Positions 27,143 through 42,689 of a stretch of 64,000 nucleotides of DNA are shown piece by piece. Each line of letters starts with the position of its first letter. Position 1 is the first letter of the stretch. Under the pieces are notes generated by a model, which was given only the letters and a program-made list of their open reading frames with translations, was not told where the DNA came from and searched no databases. The stretch lies in contig OZ024751.1 in NCBI GenBank assembly GCA_964016885.1, positions 23,808,001-23,872,000 of the forward strand. The letters run 5' to 3'. The DNA comes from Eledone cirrhosa (Eukaryota). Position numbers and translations under genes: made by a program.

Positions 27143-28300
27143 ATGAAAATAATATTGGTCTTATTCTTCTTGTTAATGTCCTCCGCTTCATCAGTGAAGG
27201 AAGGGTCTTCTCTTCAAGATATGTTACTTCGCGGTTACAAGAAACATATGAGCCCAGTGGAAAATTATGATGATATCGTAAAGGTTTTACCATATCTCAG
27301 GATAATGAACATTATTGAACTAGACACATTAAAAGGCTTCCTTACGAGTGAAGTCTTTTATGGATTACACTGGGACGATGTTAACCTTAGATGGAATTCA
27401 TCAGAATATAATATAAGCTATATAACTATGAAATTGAGTGATGTATGGAGCCCTAACATCCAAATATGTAACAGCGAATCCGGTGAATACCCCTTTGATG
27501 ACGATCAGGAAGTTACTGTGATATATAACGGAAATGTTTTGATGTATAAAGTGGCAATCTACAGAACTTACTGCAATATTAATAATGAAAAATACCCTTT
27601 TGATGAGCATCAATGCGATTTAACTGTTTGCGTGGATTATCCATATAATAGGACACAATCTATAGATATGTTTAGATACGATATAACATATCAACCCAAA
27701 TCGAACCAATGGGATTTTCAGTTTAAAAGGAAGGACGTCTCGGATAAAAGCATAACTGCTGGTGTCACAATTATCGCTAAACGAAGAGTTACAAGTGCAA
27801 CTATTACTAAAATTATACCACCTATAATGTTAACACTGCTCATTTTATCTGTATATTTATTGCCAGCTGAATCTGGAGAGAAGGTTTCAGTTGCAATCAC
27901 AGTTTTCCTGGCAAACATTGTTTTTCTTTCTGAAACTGAAAAAGTACTGGGTAATAGTTCTCATACACCTTCTATATTTCTACTATATCTTTTAATTCTG
28001 ACCCTTGCAAGTGGTCTTTCTTCTATTGGATCTGTAATTGTGTGTAAACTTTATGTATACCAAACTGCAAATAAAACTGATCCTACATCACAACGTACAG
28101 AGGAATCAAGAGGATCGACGAATAAAGTCGGTGTCGTAGGAAGCGCAGATGAGCAAAATATTAAAGTAAAAAATACAAATCATCCCAAGAAATTTTTTAT
28201 AACCTATCAGAAGCTAGACATGATATTTCTGTTGTTAACGGTTACATTCTTGCTACTTTACATCATTATTGCTCTAACATCTTTTTCGTCATCTGAATAA
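27143..28300 (+). CDS. Chemotactile-receptor-like Cys-loop channel subunit (385 aa, intronless CDS)
   Basis: Signal peptide, WSPN, Cys-loop identical to 15350, ESGEK, four TM segments; extracellular domain divergent from 15350. Confidence 0.95.
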   Translation: MKIILVLFFLLMSSASSVKEGSSLQDMLLRGYKKHMSPVENYDDIVKVLPYLRIMNIIELDTLKGFLTSEVFYGLHWDDVNLRWNSSEYNISYITMKLSDVWSPNIQICNSESGEYPFDDDQEVTVIYNGNVLMYKVAIYRTYCNINNEKYPFDEHQCDLTVCVDYPYNRTQSIDMFRYDITYQPKSNQWDFQFKRKDVSDKSITAGVTIIAKRRVTSATITKIIPPIMLTLLILSVYLLPAESGEKVSVAITVFLANIVFLSETEKVLGNSSHTPSIFLLYLLILTLASGLSSIGSVIVCKLYVYQTANKTDPTSQRTEESRGSTNKVGVVGSADEQNIKVKNTNHPKKFFITYQKLDMIFLLLTVTFLLLYIIIALTSFSSSE

Positions 28301-28758
28301 TGATAAAAAAATTATAATAATTTCTGATAACATTGAATTCACATGCAATCGTTTGAAAGAAGTGCTTGCACAAAAAACCTCTATGAAATCAGTAGCGGGG
28401 TTTTATACCATTTCTCTGCAATACAGATACACAATTTTCCATGGAGAGTATACCTATTCAGTTCTCCGTCAGATGGTTTTAGAAAACATTCTTCTTTTGC
28501 AGTGTCACTTCCGCTTCACATTTCCTATAAATTTTGATATCACATCGGCTGATTTTAGAAAATGTTTGATTAGAGCTCCAGTATCTACACTTCGTAAAAT
28601 TATACAATACCTCCAGTTCAAGCAAACATAAAATTTACATTCTTGGAAACAATAAATTGACATAAAAAACAAATTAGAAATAGAAATTTATAAACGCTTT
28701 ATTGACGATTTGTGTCATCCAGCATTGATGAACGTGTTTTTTACATATAACATACACA

Positions 28759-28965
<207 letters not shown>

Positions 28966-29274
28966 ATGCGTATATATGAGAATACACGCATACATATATT
29001 TACATACACTCACACACATGCATATAAATATATATGCATGTGTGTGCGAGTATGTATGTTCTTCTGGTTTTATAATTTCACGAATGTTTTCCCAATAGAG
29101 AGATAGTCGGTTTCTATCATAGACACAAGACTCTCTCATTGGAATTTACACAGCATCAACTAGGTAGATTATGTATGCATGCTTGCATGTGTAGATATGG
29201 ATGTTATTGTATGTGTGGTTGTGTATGTTTTGAGTTGTGTGTGTGCATGTTTATATGCTTTGTATCTGTACATT

Positions 29275-29513
29275 CAGTGCAGGATTTACATATAAGCTAA
29301 ACAAGCTATAGCTTAGGGCCCCCACTTTCTTGGGGCCCCGAAAAAATGGAAAACAAAACGGTGTGTACAATTCCAAAATATAAGACAAAAAAGAACTAAA
29401 ATAATGCAATAGTTTTAAACAGTTTTGCAGTTTTTATAACATTTTTTATAAAATATAAAGGGCCCCATTATCTTAAATAGCTTAGGGGCTCATCTAATCT
29501 AAATCCAGCCCTG
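29275..29513. mobile_element. hAT-type MITE
   Basis: Imperfect TIRs CAGTGCAGGATTTA / TAAATCCAGCCCTG; 8-bp TSD TGTACATT / TGTACATG (7/8 match); internal GGGCCCC repeats. Confidence 0.75.
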
Positions 29514-29529
29514 TGTACATGTGTATATG

Positions 29530-29925
29530 CAGTTATTAGATGCACAATTTTTGGAATATTTTACATATTTTTACTGTTCCATTAATGGATTGTACTTGTA
29601 ATTTCCTAGCTAGTTGTGTTCTTTCTGTTCCTGTGAATCCTAGCTTCTCAAGATTTGTATTGAGGCAGTTACTAACACACCCCAGTGCCCCAATAATGAC
29701 AGGCATAAATCTGAAGGTGTAATCAGGGTGGAGTATCTGCAGATTTCTCATCAGTTCTGCATAAATATTCTCCTTTTCGCTAATCTTTGATATTATATTG
29801 GCATCTGCTAATTTCCACTACTGTGCATGCTTTCTTCTCCCTGTCCCATATCATAATATCTGATCTGTTATGCCTGCATTTTATTGGGGTTTTTACTGGA
29901 ACATTCCACCAGTACTCTTTCATAT
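29530..29925 (-). mobile_element. 3' fragment of a restriction-like-endonuclease non-LTR retrotransposon (R4/NeSL/Hero-like)
   Basis: Minus-strand translation [10 protein letters not shown]...TVVEIS and PVIIGALG...LEKLG...KLQ. Confidence 0.7.
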
Positions 29926-30009
29926 TATGTATGTATGTATGTATGTATGTATGTATGTATGTATGTATGTATGTATGTATGTATGTATGTATGTATGTAT
30001 GTGTGTATG

Positions 30010-30090
<81 letters not shown>

Positions 30091-30095
<5 letters not shown>

Positions 30096-30588
30096 CAACT
30101 AGAAATTGATTGACATACATATATTTAAAATAAACACATGAAACAATCACAAGGGATAATTTGTAAAGTGTGTAATCACACATTGTTATGTAGGTAACTA
30201 ATTAAAGTTTAACTAGAGCTTCAAATATTACCTTTTTAAAAAATGATTAATCCTCTTTGTTTATATTTCATTAAAGAAATATATTTCACCGTTAATCCGT
30301 AAAGTCACAGTAGTCAAATCTTGGATCTTCAGCAAGGGGGAAGATTTAACAATCTGTGCTTACACATCTAATGTAAATCGCAGATTACACACTTTACAAA
30401 TTACACACTTTACAAATTATCCCCTGTGATTGTTTCATGTGTTTATTTTAAATATATGTATGTCAATCAATTTCTAGTTGATATAAAATGCTCGGATCTA
30501 TTCATTGGAATCTTTGAGCTTATTCTACGGTGGATATGGCGCATGTCTCGGAAATGACTCCCTTAATTTAATTTAATTAAATTAATTT

Positions 30589-30590
<2 letters not shown>
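30091..30590 (+). mobile_element. Inverted-repeat insertion with ~100 bp tail in (TA)n (PLE-end-like)
   Basis: 30091-30176 is the reverse complement of ~30400-30485. Confidence 0.6.
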
Positions 30591-30631
<41 letters not shown>

Positions 30632-30632
<1 letters not shown>

Positions 30633-30825
30633 TTATCCCGTGTTGAATCGGAGGTAACCACAGTATGCAGAGTATACATGTTTAATATAGAAAAGCTTCT
30701 ACAGGACTAGAACTGTTTCATTCGTGAGAAATCATTGGGAAGCGCTGTATATTGTATGCTTCCCGATCATTTCTCACGAATGAAACAGTTCTAGTCCTGT
30801 AGAAGCATTTCTATATTAAATATAT
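30632..30825 (-). mobile_element. Second copy of the 19752 palindromic element, with decayed HHR cores
   Basis: Same tail. Stem I is GCUUC/GAAGC. The cores read CCGAUCA and CCAAUGA on the two arms. Confidence 0.75.
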
Positions 30826-30951
30826 ATATATATAGTAATAATAATAAATTTGAAGACTAAAATCCAAAGACGGCTCGATAAGGATAAATATATATCTAAT
30901 ATATAACAGCCGTAGAGCAAATATTTAATCTGTTATTTTAATATATATGCA

Positions 30952-31049
<98 letters not shown>

Positions 31050-31079
31050 TGCAAATAAATATATATATATATATATATA

Positions 31080-31774
31080 AGGATTAAAATACTGGAGCGT
31101 GTTGGAGTTAAACACCCTCTTCGTATTATAGAAATGACAGTAAAAGGTATAGCTCAATGTAATTAAACAGAGCCGAAGAATTATGAAAATAAAACAAAGA
31201 AGCCTTCAATACATCAAAAGTCTTTATTAGCCAACAATGTTTCGTCCTATTAAGGACTCATCAGGGCAATTAATAAGGTTTAATTTGTGCTGTTAATGAT
31301 GGAAATGTGTATTGATGTATATGTATATGTGCGTACGTGTGTGTATATATATACATATGTATATTGTGCCTTTTAATTTTAATTTTAATTTTAATATTGT
31401 TACAAGTATATTATATTTTATTATATTGTATTACATATAGTACTATAATTCACGCTCCATATAACCACCTTTGTTTAGCTCTAGTTTTTTGCTTTGGACT
31501 ATATTTGTAATATGGTTCAAAATGTTATCCACCTCCTTAGTGATTTTTATTATAGATTTTTATTATATATTTTTACCCATAATCTTCCAATACTTTAGTG
31601 TATGTACACTCCATATTCTTCTGAGTTTTTGGCTTGTGTTGGCCGATAGTACTTCTTGTAGTTTTAATTGCCCTGATGAGTCCTTAATAGGACGAAACAT
31701 TGTTGGCTAATAAAGACTTTTGATGTATTGAAGGCTTCTTTGTTTTATTTTCATAATATTTTCATAATCTGTTC

Positions 31775-31780
<6 letters not shown>
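31080..31780. mobile_element. PLE pLTR fragment with inverted copy and tail
   Basis: 31179-31273 is the reverse complement of 31664-31757; ~100 bp tail on the left; (TA)n flanks. Confidence 0.75.
31667..31711 (+). ncRNA. Minimal type I hammerhead ribozyme (mirror copy ~31225-31270 on minus)
   Basis: AUUGCC-CUGAUGA-GUCCU-UAAU-AGGAC-GAAA-C-AUU-GUU/GGC(U)AAU. Confidence 0.8.
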
Positions 31781-31827
<47 letters not shown>

Positions 31828-32477
31828 TATATATATATAGTTATATGATCTTATATTATATATAGTTATATATATGTGTGTGTATAGTGTGTGAATGAGT
31901 GTGTAATACAAACTTTTCTGATAACATTGTTATCACATATATTTTCATAAACAGTTTGTCAAGAACACTTCACCATTTCATTTGTATTACCTATTCACAT
32001 ATTTTATGAGCCACTTTGAATTATAATTCATGAATTAAAATGCATTTAAGATATTTCTATGTTTGTTTATAGTAAATTCTTTTTTAACAAAGCTGTCAAA
32101 GTTTAGTTACGCATCTAAAATATTGCTAAAAATGTGTATGAGAGAATCAGTCTTTTCTACTTCGTTAGAACACTGACTAAGCGATTTAAACGCTGACGGA
32201 CCTCCCTCGGTTGCAATGATAAGTCTTCCAGTTGTTCTAACAAAGGAAAAGCCGAATTGTAATTTCAACGAACAGGTTGCTGAATATTACGTAAAAACCT
32301 GTTTGTTTAACATAGATTTCCGAGGGTTAAAATGTTAGGTGCTTTAAACTCCGTGTCACATACAATATACCGCATATTTATTTCAGCTGAGTGGTATATA
32401 TATATATATATATATAAAATATTAAACAAATAATGAATAAACAATGAGACAGTTCCTTATATTAAACAAAAAAAGTT

Positions 32478-32627
32478 CATTATTTAACGATCGTTTCTAG
32501 GATATATATGTGTTAGAATTGGCATGCATATTCAACAGATCTATGTACAAAATTATACAAAATTATACAAACTATCAAGATTAAATATACATACCAACAC
32601 ATATATACGCCGTCTTCAGAAATAATA
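32478..32627 (-). ncRNA. Type I hammerhead ribozyme with very long stem II
   Basis: UAUUAUUU-CUGAAGA-(~115 nt)-GAAA-CGAUCG-UU/AAAUAAUG; same family as 45198. Confidence 0.65.
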
Positions 32628-33383
32628 TATATATATATATATGTACATTTATAAAAGAATTAAGTCAAATAGGTAAAATTTGGCTTCGTTTATTATAAAT
32701 TATAGATATACTGCTATATATATATTTTGGTGGCAGCCATCATTGGCTGTAACGTCTTCAGGCAGTCCGAATTGGTGTGGTAGAGACGGGTACACATGTT
32801 GTTTAAGTATTTTTTACTCCGTCAATACTCTGATATGTCCAGCTCCTGGTTGCGTTGTTATTTCTTTGAGGAACTGGAATCATATGAATTAGAACAAACG
32901 AATTTCGGCGTCATAGGACACTCTCTCATCCCATTGGTCAGTTGTGAGAACATTCCCCGGTCAAAAGTCTGTAGAAATTTTTCTGAGACAAGACAATCTG
33001 TTGTAATTGTTTTTGTTTAAGTAAATCTGACCTCCTCCATTGTGTTGGTAGTGGTAGTGGTGTTAAGGGGTCATCTGGCAGGTCAGATTTGGTTTGCTGC
33101 TGCTATGTTCAGAAGAATTTGTGTGTGGGCGTGGCAGCTATCCTGCCACCATTTCACGTGGTGGGGGGTGCCAAACAAATAAAAACAATAAAATGCGTGT
33201 GTTATAACCAATATCAAAATTTGAAAGATTTGGAAAGTATTGACTGAACTATTTTTTCAACTTATCGTTTTCGGTATGCCTGACCAATTTAACTCACTCA
33301 ATATGCAAATTAGGCTGCTCAGCCGTTAATTTTCATAAGAAAAGTATATACTTTCGAACGTTCAACTATCTGGCAGATGGGTA

Positions 33384-33428
33384 AACGGTGCTGATGATAG
33401 CTAACAAGCTTGAAACTAGTACATCGTT
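33384..33428 (+). ncRNA. Minimal type I hammerhead ribozyme
   Basis: AACGGUG-CUGAUGA-U.AGC-UAACAA-GCU.U-GAAA-CUAG-UA/CAUCGUU. Palindromic stem III (ACUAGU), 7-bp stem I, GUA triplet. Confidence 0.85.
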
Positions 33429-33604
33429 CCTGTGTCAGTGTTGAACAAAAAGGTGACGTGGTTGCCTTAACACCGTATGGCATAAATTCAGGCTGTTCGA
33501 TTTGTTGACAAACAAACGAACAAAGCAGGCGTTATAATAAACGTCGGCTAAACTGATGCGTGCATATATGTATGTGTACCTGTATGCATATGTGTATATA
33601 TATG

Positions 33605-33644
<40 letters not shown>

Positions 33645-33779
33645 TGCTACTGTACGTCTGTATACATATATGTATGTACGTATACATACATACTTACATT
33701 TAAGTAAGTGCCATACTAAGAGTGAGAAATGAAATTTCGTTTTCATTTTTTTTCAACTTATATATATATATATATATAT

Positions 33780-34496
<717 letters not shown>

Positions 34497-34636
34497 AGTA
34501 AAACCACAGACCCTCCATCTCAACTCTACTTTTGAAAGACAGAAGAACTGCGAAACCGGTAAAGGAACCAAATAAATATATATATTTAAAAAAAAATAAG
34601 ACTCCAGTTGCATTTTCAATTTCATCTCTTTTTCTG

Positions 34637-34695
<59 letters not shown>

Positions 34696-34756
34696 GTAGA
34701 ACAGTGGAAGGTAATATCTGTAGTGGTAGAGTACTCAGTCCATGAGACGAGTTAGG

Positions 34757-35732
34757 TAGAAGTGGTTACACAATAGTTAGTTCACCATACCGAGAACAAT
34801 TGTTTCACCTTAGCGGATCCTCAGCTCGTAATGGACATGGTTATACGGAGTAGGAAGGACAACCGTACGAACGCGCATGCGCAGAAACGATCACTTCACA
34901 CAGGCAATACTAAAATGCGTGCGAGGTCATAAATACGGCTCCATCTTTAACCGACACAAAGTAAAACTAGGATACTCCTTCGCTAAGAACATGAAGGCCC
35001 ACATCACCAACAACCCTAAGAGCAACACCCTACCAGGGTGCTCTTGCCGTAAGCCCGTAGCTTGTCACCTTCAACAGCAATGCAACCAACCCGCTGTAGT
35101 TTATGAAGCTGTGGTCACTTCCAACCGACCAAATCAACTACAGGAGGTCAAATCCTATGTAGGTATGGCGGAGGACCGATTTAAGGAACGCTTACTGAAC
35201 CACCAGTCGACCTTTAGGTACTCGGACAGACGTTCATCCACGAAACTCACGAGCCACGTATGGTCCCTCAAGGACTCAAGTATAGACTACTCCATTCAAT
35301 GGAAAGCCATCACTAAGTCCAAGCCATACGCGAGGGGCAATCTGTCGTGTGGACTGTGTATTGATGAACGAATAAATATTCTAAAGAGATTACGCAATAA
35401 TGATTGCCTAAACACGAGAAATGAATTCTTCACACGTTGTCCACACGCCTGGAAACCCTCTTATATAACGACAAAGCTCCGGATTGAATTACAACAACAT
35501 CCTAATTTTCTTATCAACTAGAAACTTTTCGGACTTTCGCAATTATCTCCCTTACACCTCACCTCTCGCACGAATTATAGTATTGCCTGTGAAGTGATCG
35601 TTTCTGCGCATGCGCGTTCGTACGGTTGTCCTTCCTGTTCCGTATAACCATGTCCATTACGAGCTGAGGATCCGCTAAAGTGAAACAATTGTTCTCGGTA
35701 TGGTGAACTAACTGTTGTGTAACCACTTCTAC
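34757..35732 (+). mobile_element. 5'-truncated Penelope-like element with an inverted pLTR
   Basis: ORF 34877-35521: KVKLGYS...CSCRKPVAC...VVY...YVGM..FKERLLNH...CGLC..E...NTR...CPH (GIY-YIG). 34757-34910 is the reverse complement of 35579-35732. Confidence 0.9.
35658..35700 (+). ncRNA. Minimal type I hammerhead ribozyme (mirror copy 34788-34830 on minus)
   Basis: CGAG-CUGAGGA-U.CC-GCUAA-(A/G)G.U-GAAA-CAAUUG-UU/CUCG. Palindromic stem III (ACAAUUGU). Confidence 0.75.
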
Positions 35733-35745
35733 ATATATATATATT

Positions 35746-37893
<2,148 letters not shown>

Positions 37894-38039
37894 ACAAAGG
37901 AGTTGTGGTAAGGAACCATATGGACCAGAGTACTCAATACTTAGGGTAGTAGAGTGGGTAATTTGAAAATGTATGACCCCGACGGCTCCAGAAATAGCCG
38001 TCGAAACGGTTTGAGCTCTGCAGTTGGGGTCATACATTT

Positions 38040-38084
<45 letters not shown>

Positions 38085-39135
38085 TCTATATATGTATATA
38101 TGTACGTACGTAAGTGTGTACGTACGTATATATATACAAGTATGTGTGCATGTACATCTGTATATATGAATGTATGTATGCATTTATGTTAGTATGTATG
38201 TTTGTATGTATGTTTGTATGTACGCATGCATGCAGCTATGTATGTATATTTGTATGTTTGTACGTTTGAATGTATATATAGGGAATGAAAAACAGAACCC
38301 GTCAAAGTGCGAAAAACTAACGAGTGTCAACTACCATCCAATGGAGTATTTTTTGTGCAGAACGAGAGACTCTGAATCTTCATTAAGACGTTTCTCTAGC
38401 AGGTCACTCAGATATAAAACCAGCGATGTCGTTTCCATCCAATGTTATAGACCAGTTCTACATTTTGGGTACATGAATTGAATATTGAGCGAGTGGGATT
38501 GGCCCCGTGCGAATCCTTACTTAAAAAATACATCAAATACAGGCATTGTTGGCCATAGGCAAGTTTCTAGCAGGACAAAAAAAGCCACGTCATGTCTAAC
38601 AATCTTTATTCTCACAATGATTTGTTGTACCAGAATCTTAACTAGAAGATGATTGCCCAAGCTTAGCATCGATCTGCTAGACAACCAAACCGGATTTCTT
38701 TGAAATGAACTTAGAAACTGTACGTTTATTAGTGATTCTATTAAGAATGTTGAATCATACAATATCATTAATTCACAATACATAAATCTTAATGTGTTTC
38801 AAATTTTAAAGACCACTCCTGTTTAAGCTCCTGGAAAAGCTAACACTCATTTTTCTTTTACAAAATGTTGATATTACTTCGAACAAAACAAAACATCACA
38901 CAAGAAAATAAAAACACAACCAAATATAAATTTGTTGTATCAATCATTAATAGTTAATGCGCAGACATATACTCTATAACAAACCGTTCTATTGACTATT
39001 ATAATCTCGAAATTTTGTGTTCGAAACTTAAAACGGTTGGAGATGTGTGCTCATGTAAGAGATACAAGAATTAATATGGGATATTGCCAGTTAGACATAT
39101 GCACCCCCCCCCCCCCCCGCGCACACGCACACACG

Positions 39136-39194
<59 letters not shown>

Positions 39195-39997
39195 ACACAC
39201 ACACACACGCACACACGCACGCACACCCACACACACACCCACCCACGCACACACACATACACACACACACAAACACACACACACAAACACACATAATTGC
39301 ACATGCATTACAGTGAACATAGGAACATTTTGTGCCTATCAATTTTTATTCCAACTACGATTTGTTGAACCAGAACTTAAATAAAAAGACGATTAACCAA
39401 GATGGCCATCTATATTTAGTTGAATTATACAGCATTCATTAAATCACAATAAAATTAATTCAATAGAGTCCTTTATTTACTTCAAATTGCAATATCCACT
39501 CCCGTTTAAGCTCATGGGAAAACTAACAGTTATCTATATTTTACTTTAATTTGATATTATATCGTACAAAACAAAACACTTCAAAAAGGCGTTAGAAAGA
39601 AAGAAATAGACATTTGTTATATCAATTATTCATCTAAGAGAATGGGAATGAGAGCTTGAATAACCACCAATGAATAAAAGAGGGATGGGGAGACTGGTAG
39701 ACAGTATTTAAGTCCATAAACATTTGATAAGAGCTCATTTGGCACATTGTAGTAAACACTTGAGTAAATGTTTGCTTGAATTTCATACAAACAACATATC
39801 GTTTGAAACCTAAGGTATTTCTACGTCTCTCAAATTCAACGTTCTTTCATAGATTTACCAAACATTGTGTAGATATATATGAGTGTATATGTGAATCTGT
39901 TCCTATTTCATTAATGAAAACCTTTTACAGATATACATAGATTCACACGTCAGAAAATAAAAAAAAAAGGAATATATACTTTTAATTAGATATCGCA

Positions 39998-41140
39998 ATG
40001 GAAAAAATATTCGTCTTACTGATCTTGTTTGCGACATCCGCTGGTAAGAAAATCAATCACGATAGCCTTAAAAGTATCTTATTTAAGAACTATCAGAAAG
40101 ACGATATACCAGTTGAAAACGATGGCGATATCGTAAACGTTGATGTACATATTGAGTTAACGAATATTATTGAACTAGACATATTAAAAGGCGCACTTGC
40201 AAGCGAAGTTGTCATTGGAGTACAATGGAACGACAATAACCTTAAGTGGAATACAATGGAAAATAATATAACTTACATATCGGTGGAATTAAGTAAGATA
40301 TGGTACCCTAAGGTCCAAATATGCAACAGTGTAACCGGTAAATTCACCTTTGATGCTGATGATGAAGTCACTGTGAATTATGACGGAATTGTTCACATGT
40401 ATATAGATAAAATCTTCAATACTTACTGCAATATTAATAATGAAAAATATCCTTTTGATGAGCATCAATGCGATTTAACTGTTTGTATGGATTATCAGAT
40501 GAATATGGAAGAAACTATAGATACATTTTCATGCGATATAACATATCAATCCTCATCTAACAAATGGGATTTTAAGTTTGAAAGGGAAGATGTTAAGAAG
40601 GACGATATAATAACGGCTAGTGTCAAAATCTTTGCTAAACGAAGAGTTTCAAGTGCAACTATTACTAAAATTATACCACCTATAATGTTAACACTGCTCA
40701 TTCTATCTGTATATTTATTGCCAGCTGAATCTGGAGAGAAGATTTCAGTTGCAATTACAATTTTCCTGGCAAACATTGTTTTTCTATCTGAAACTGAAAA
40801 ATCACTGGGTAATAATTCTCATAAATCTTCTATATATCTACTATATCTTTTAATTCTGACCCTTGCAAGTGGTCTTTCTTCTATTGGATCTGTAATTGTG
40901 TGTAAACTTTATGTCTACCAAACAGCAAATAAAACTGATTCTACATCACAGCTTACACAGGAATCAAGTGGATCGAAGAATAAAGTCGGTGTTGTAGGAA
41001 GCGCAGAGGAGGAAAATTTTAAATTAAGTAAAACTCGGAAATTTTATATAACGTATCAAAAGCTAGACAGTATATTTCTCTTATTAACAGTAATATTCTT
41101 GCTACTTTACATCATTATTGCTTTAACATCTCTCACCTAA
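39998..41140 (+). CDS. Chemotactile-receptor-like Cys-loop channel subunit (380 aa), close paralogue of 15350
   Basis: Same architecture; flanking DNA also homologous to the 15350 locus. Confidence 0.95.
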   Translation: MEKIFVLLILFATSAGKKINHDSLKSILFKNYQKDDIPVENDGDIVNVDVHIELTNIIELDILKGALASEVVIGVQWNDNNLKWNTMENNITYISVELSKIWYPKVQICNSVTGKFTFDADDEVTVNYDGIVHMYIDKIFNTYCNINNEKYPFDEHQCDLTVCMDYQMNMEETIDTFSCDITYQSSSNKWDFKFEREDVKKDDIITASVKIFAKRRVSSATITKIIPPIMLTLLILSVYLLPAESGEKISVAITIFLANIVFLSETEKSLGNNSHKSSIYLLYLLILTLASGLSSIGSVIVCKLYVYQTANKTDSTSQLTQESSGSKNKVGVVGSAEEENFKLSKTRKFYITYQKLDSIFLLLTVIFLLLYIIIALTSLT

Positions 41141-42689
41141 ATAATGATGACAACATTATAATACGCTTTCATAATATTCACTCTAAATGCAATCGTTTGA
41201 AAAAAGCACTCGCACAAAAATCTTCTATGTAACCAAAAGCGGAGTTTTAGACACTTTCACAGCAATAGAGATGCAATATGTCCCAAGGACAGTATACCTA
41301 TTCTGTTCACTGTCAAATGGTTACAGAAAACCTTACTGTTTGCAGAGTCATCACATTTTTCAATAAAATATGAGATCACATAGGTAGAGTTTAGAAAATG
41401 TTTGATTAGAGCACCAGTACCTACACTTCGTAAAGGCTATCATGAAATAATCTATTCTTTGATTTTATATTTAATTTATTTTCATCCAAACTCGAAAATA
41501 TCTGTTTATTTTGAGAAAGGATGATACTTCCATATTACTTGGCAATAATATATAATTATTGCAATATTCTTTATGCTCACAGACATTTCAATATGGCTTT
41601 AAACGGGAATCGATATTACGTTACCATTCTCGTTTCTAAATCGATAATTACTTGTTCACAGCTTGCACTTAAAACATATGATACTTCTTTTGACAATTTC
41701 TATAATCCTTCAGTGAAATAATTCGAAACATCTACATCCCGTTGAGAAGATCTCTTTTAAGTTACCGTATTAGACATTGATTAAATGACGTGTTAGAGAC
41801 GAACGAATCGTTTTCCAAGACAAGTGGTCTTTACTTTAATAGGACACCCCAAATAAAAACGAAAACAGTTTCATCATTACTTTTATTTAGCAATATAACC
41901 TGAGCAGTATCACAGTGTATCATCAATTCCAAATCAATTTCTGTCATTTTATTCCAAAATACTTGTCATAAAAACTCGATTGCAACGACAGTGATTTGTA
42001 GATGTGATAAAGATGTTATATAATAACATAAACCATGTAATATAACACTGACATGGCGTGGTAATTGAGGTATTGTTGTTGTTATTATTGTTGAGAAATA
42101 ACGGGGTAATGGGAATATTCATGTATTTCAGTTAGAATTCCTTATTTATGTTGAGTTTCAAATTATCTATAATTATCTAAAATTACTATAATTATCTAAA
42201 ATTACTATACTACAATCAACATTTACTTGAAATGTTTAGCTGTGATCCTCACCAATGAAAGATTAACTCTTAAAGACCTCTACCACGTGAAACTGCAGTA
42301 GCAAGGTGATGTTGTAAAGAACAAATCAGCAACATGAAACACCACATTCGAAATCACATCTTTACCATCTTTACACTATACAGTAGATAATATAATCATT
42401 TGAATTAAAACATTTCTTTTTAGATATTTTCAGCTAAATCATTAGATAAATGTTAAGGATGTGAAAATTTAAGTCTTCTGTATCCTCACAAAGACCTGTC
42501 AATTGGTAAAGATAATATAAATATTTGAATTATTGCATTTGTTTTAGATATTTTCTACTAAAATATTATTGGATATTAAGAATTTTATGTTATTCATAAC
42601 TTGCAGCTTCTTAGGTAAACATATGTGGTCATACACGGAGATTACGAGGATAATAAAAAAGATTTGAATTATTACATTTGTTTTAGATA

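Noticed and set aside
30250-30340. Minus-strand CUGAAGA...GAAA as a hammerhead
   Set aside because: No convincing stem I or NUH site could be paired
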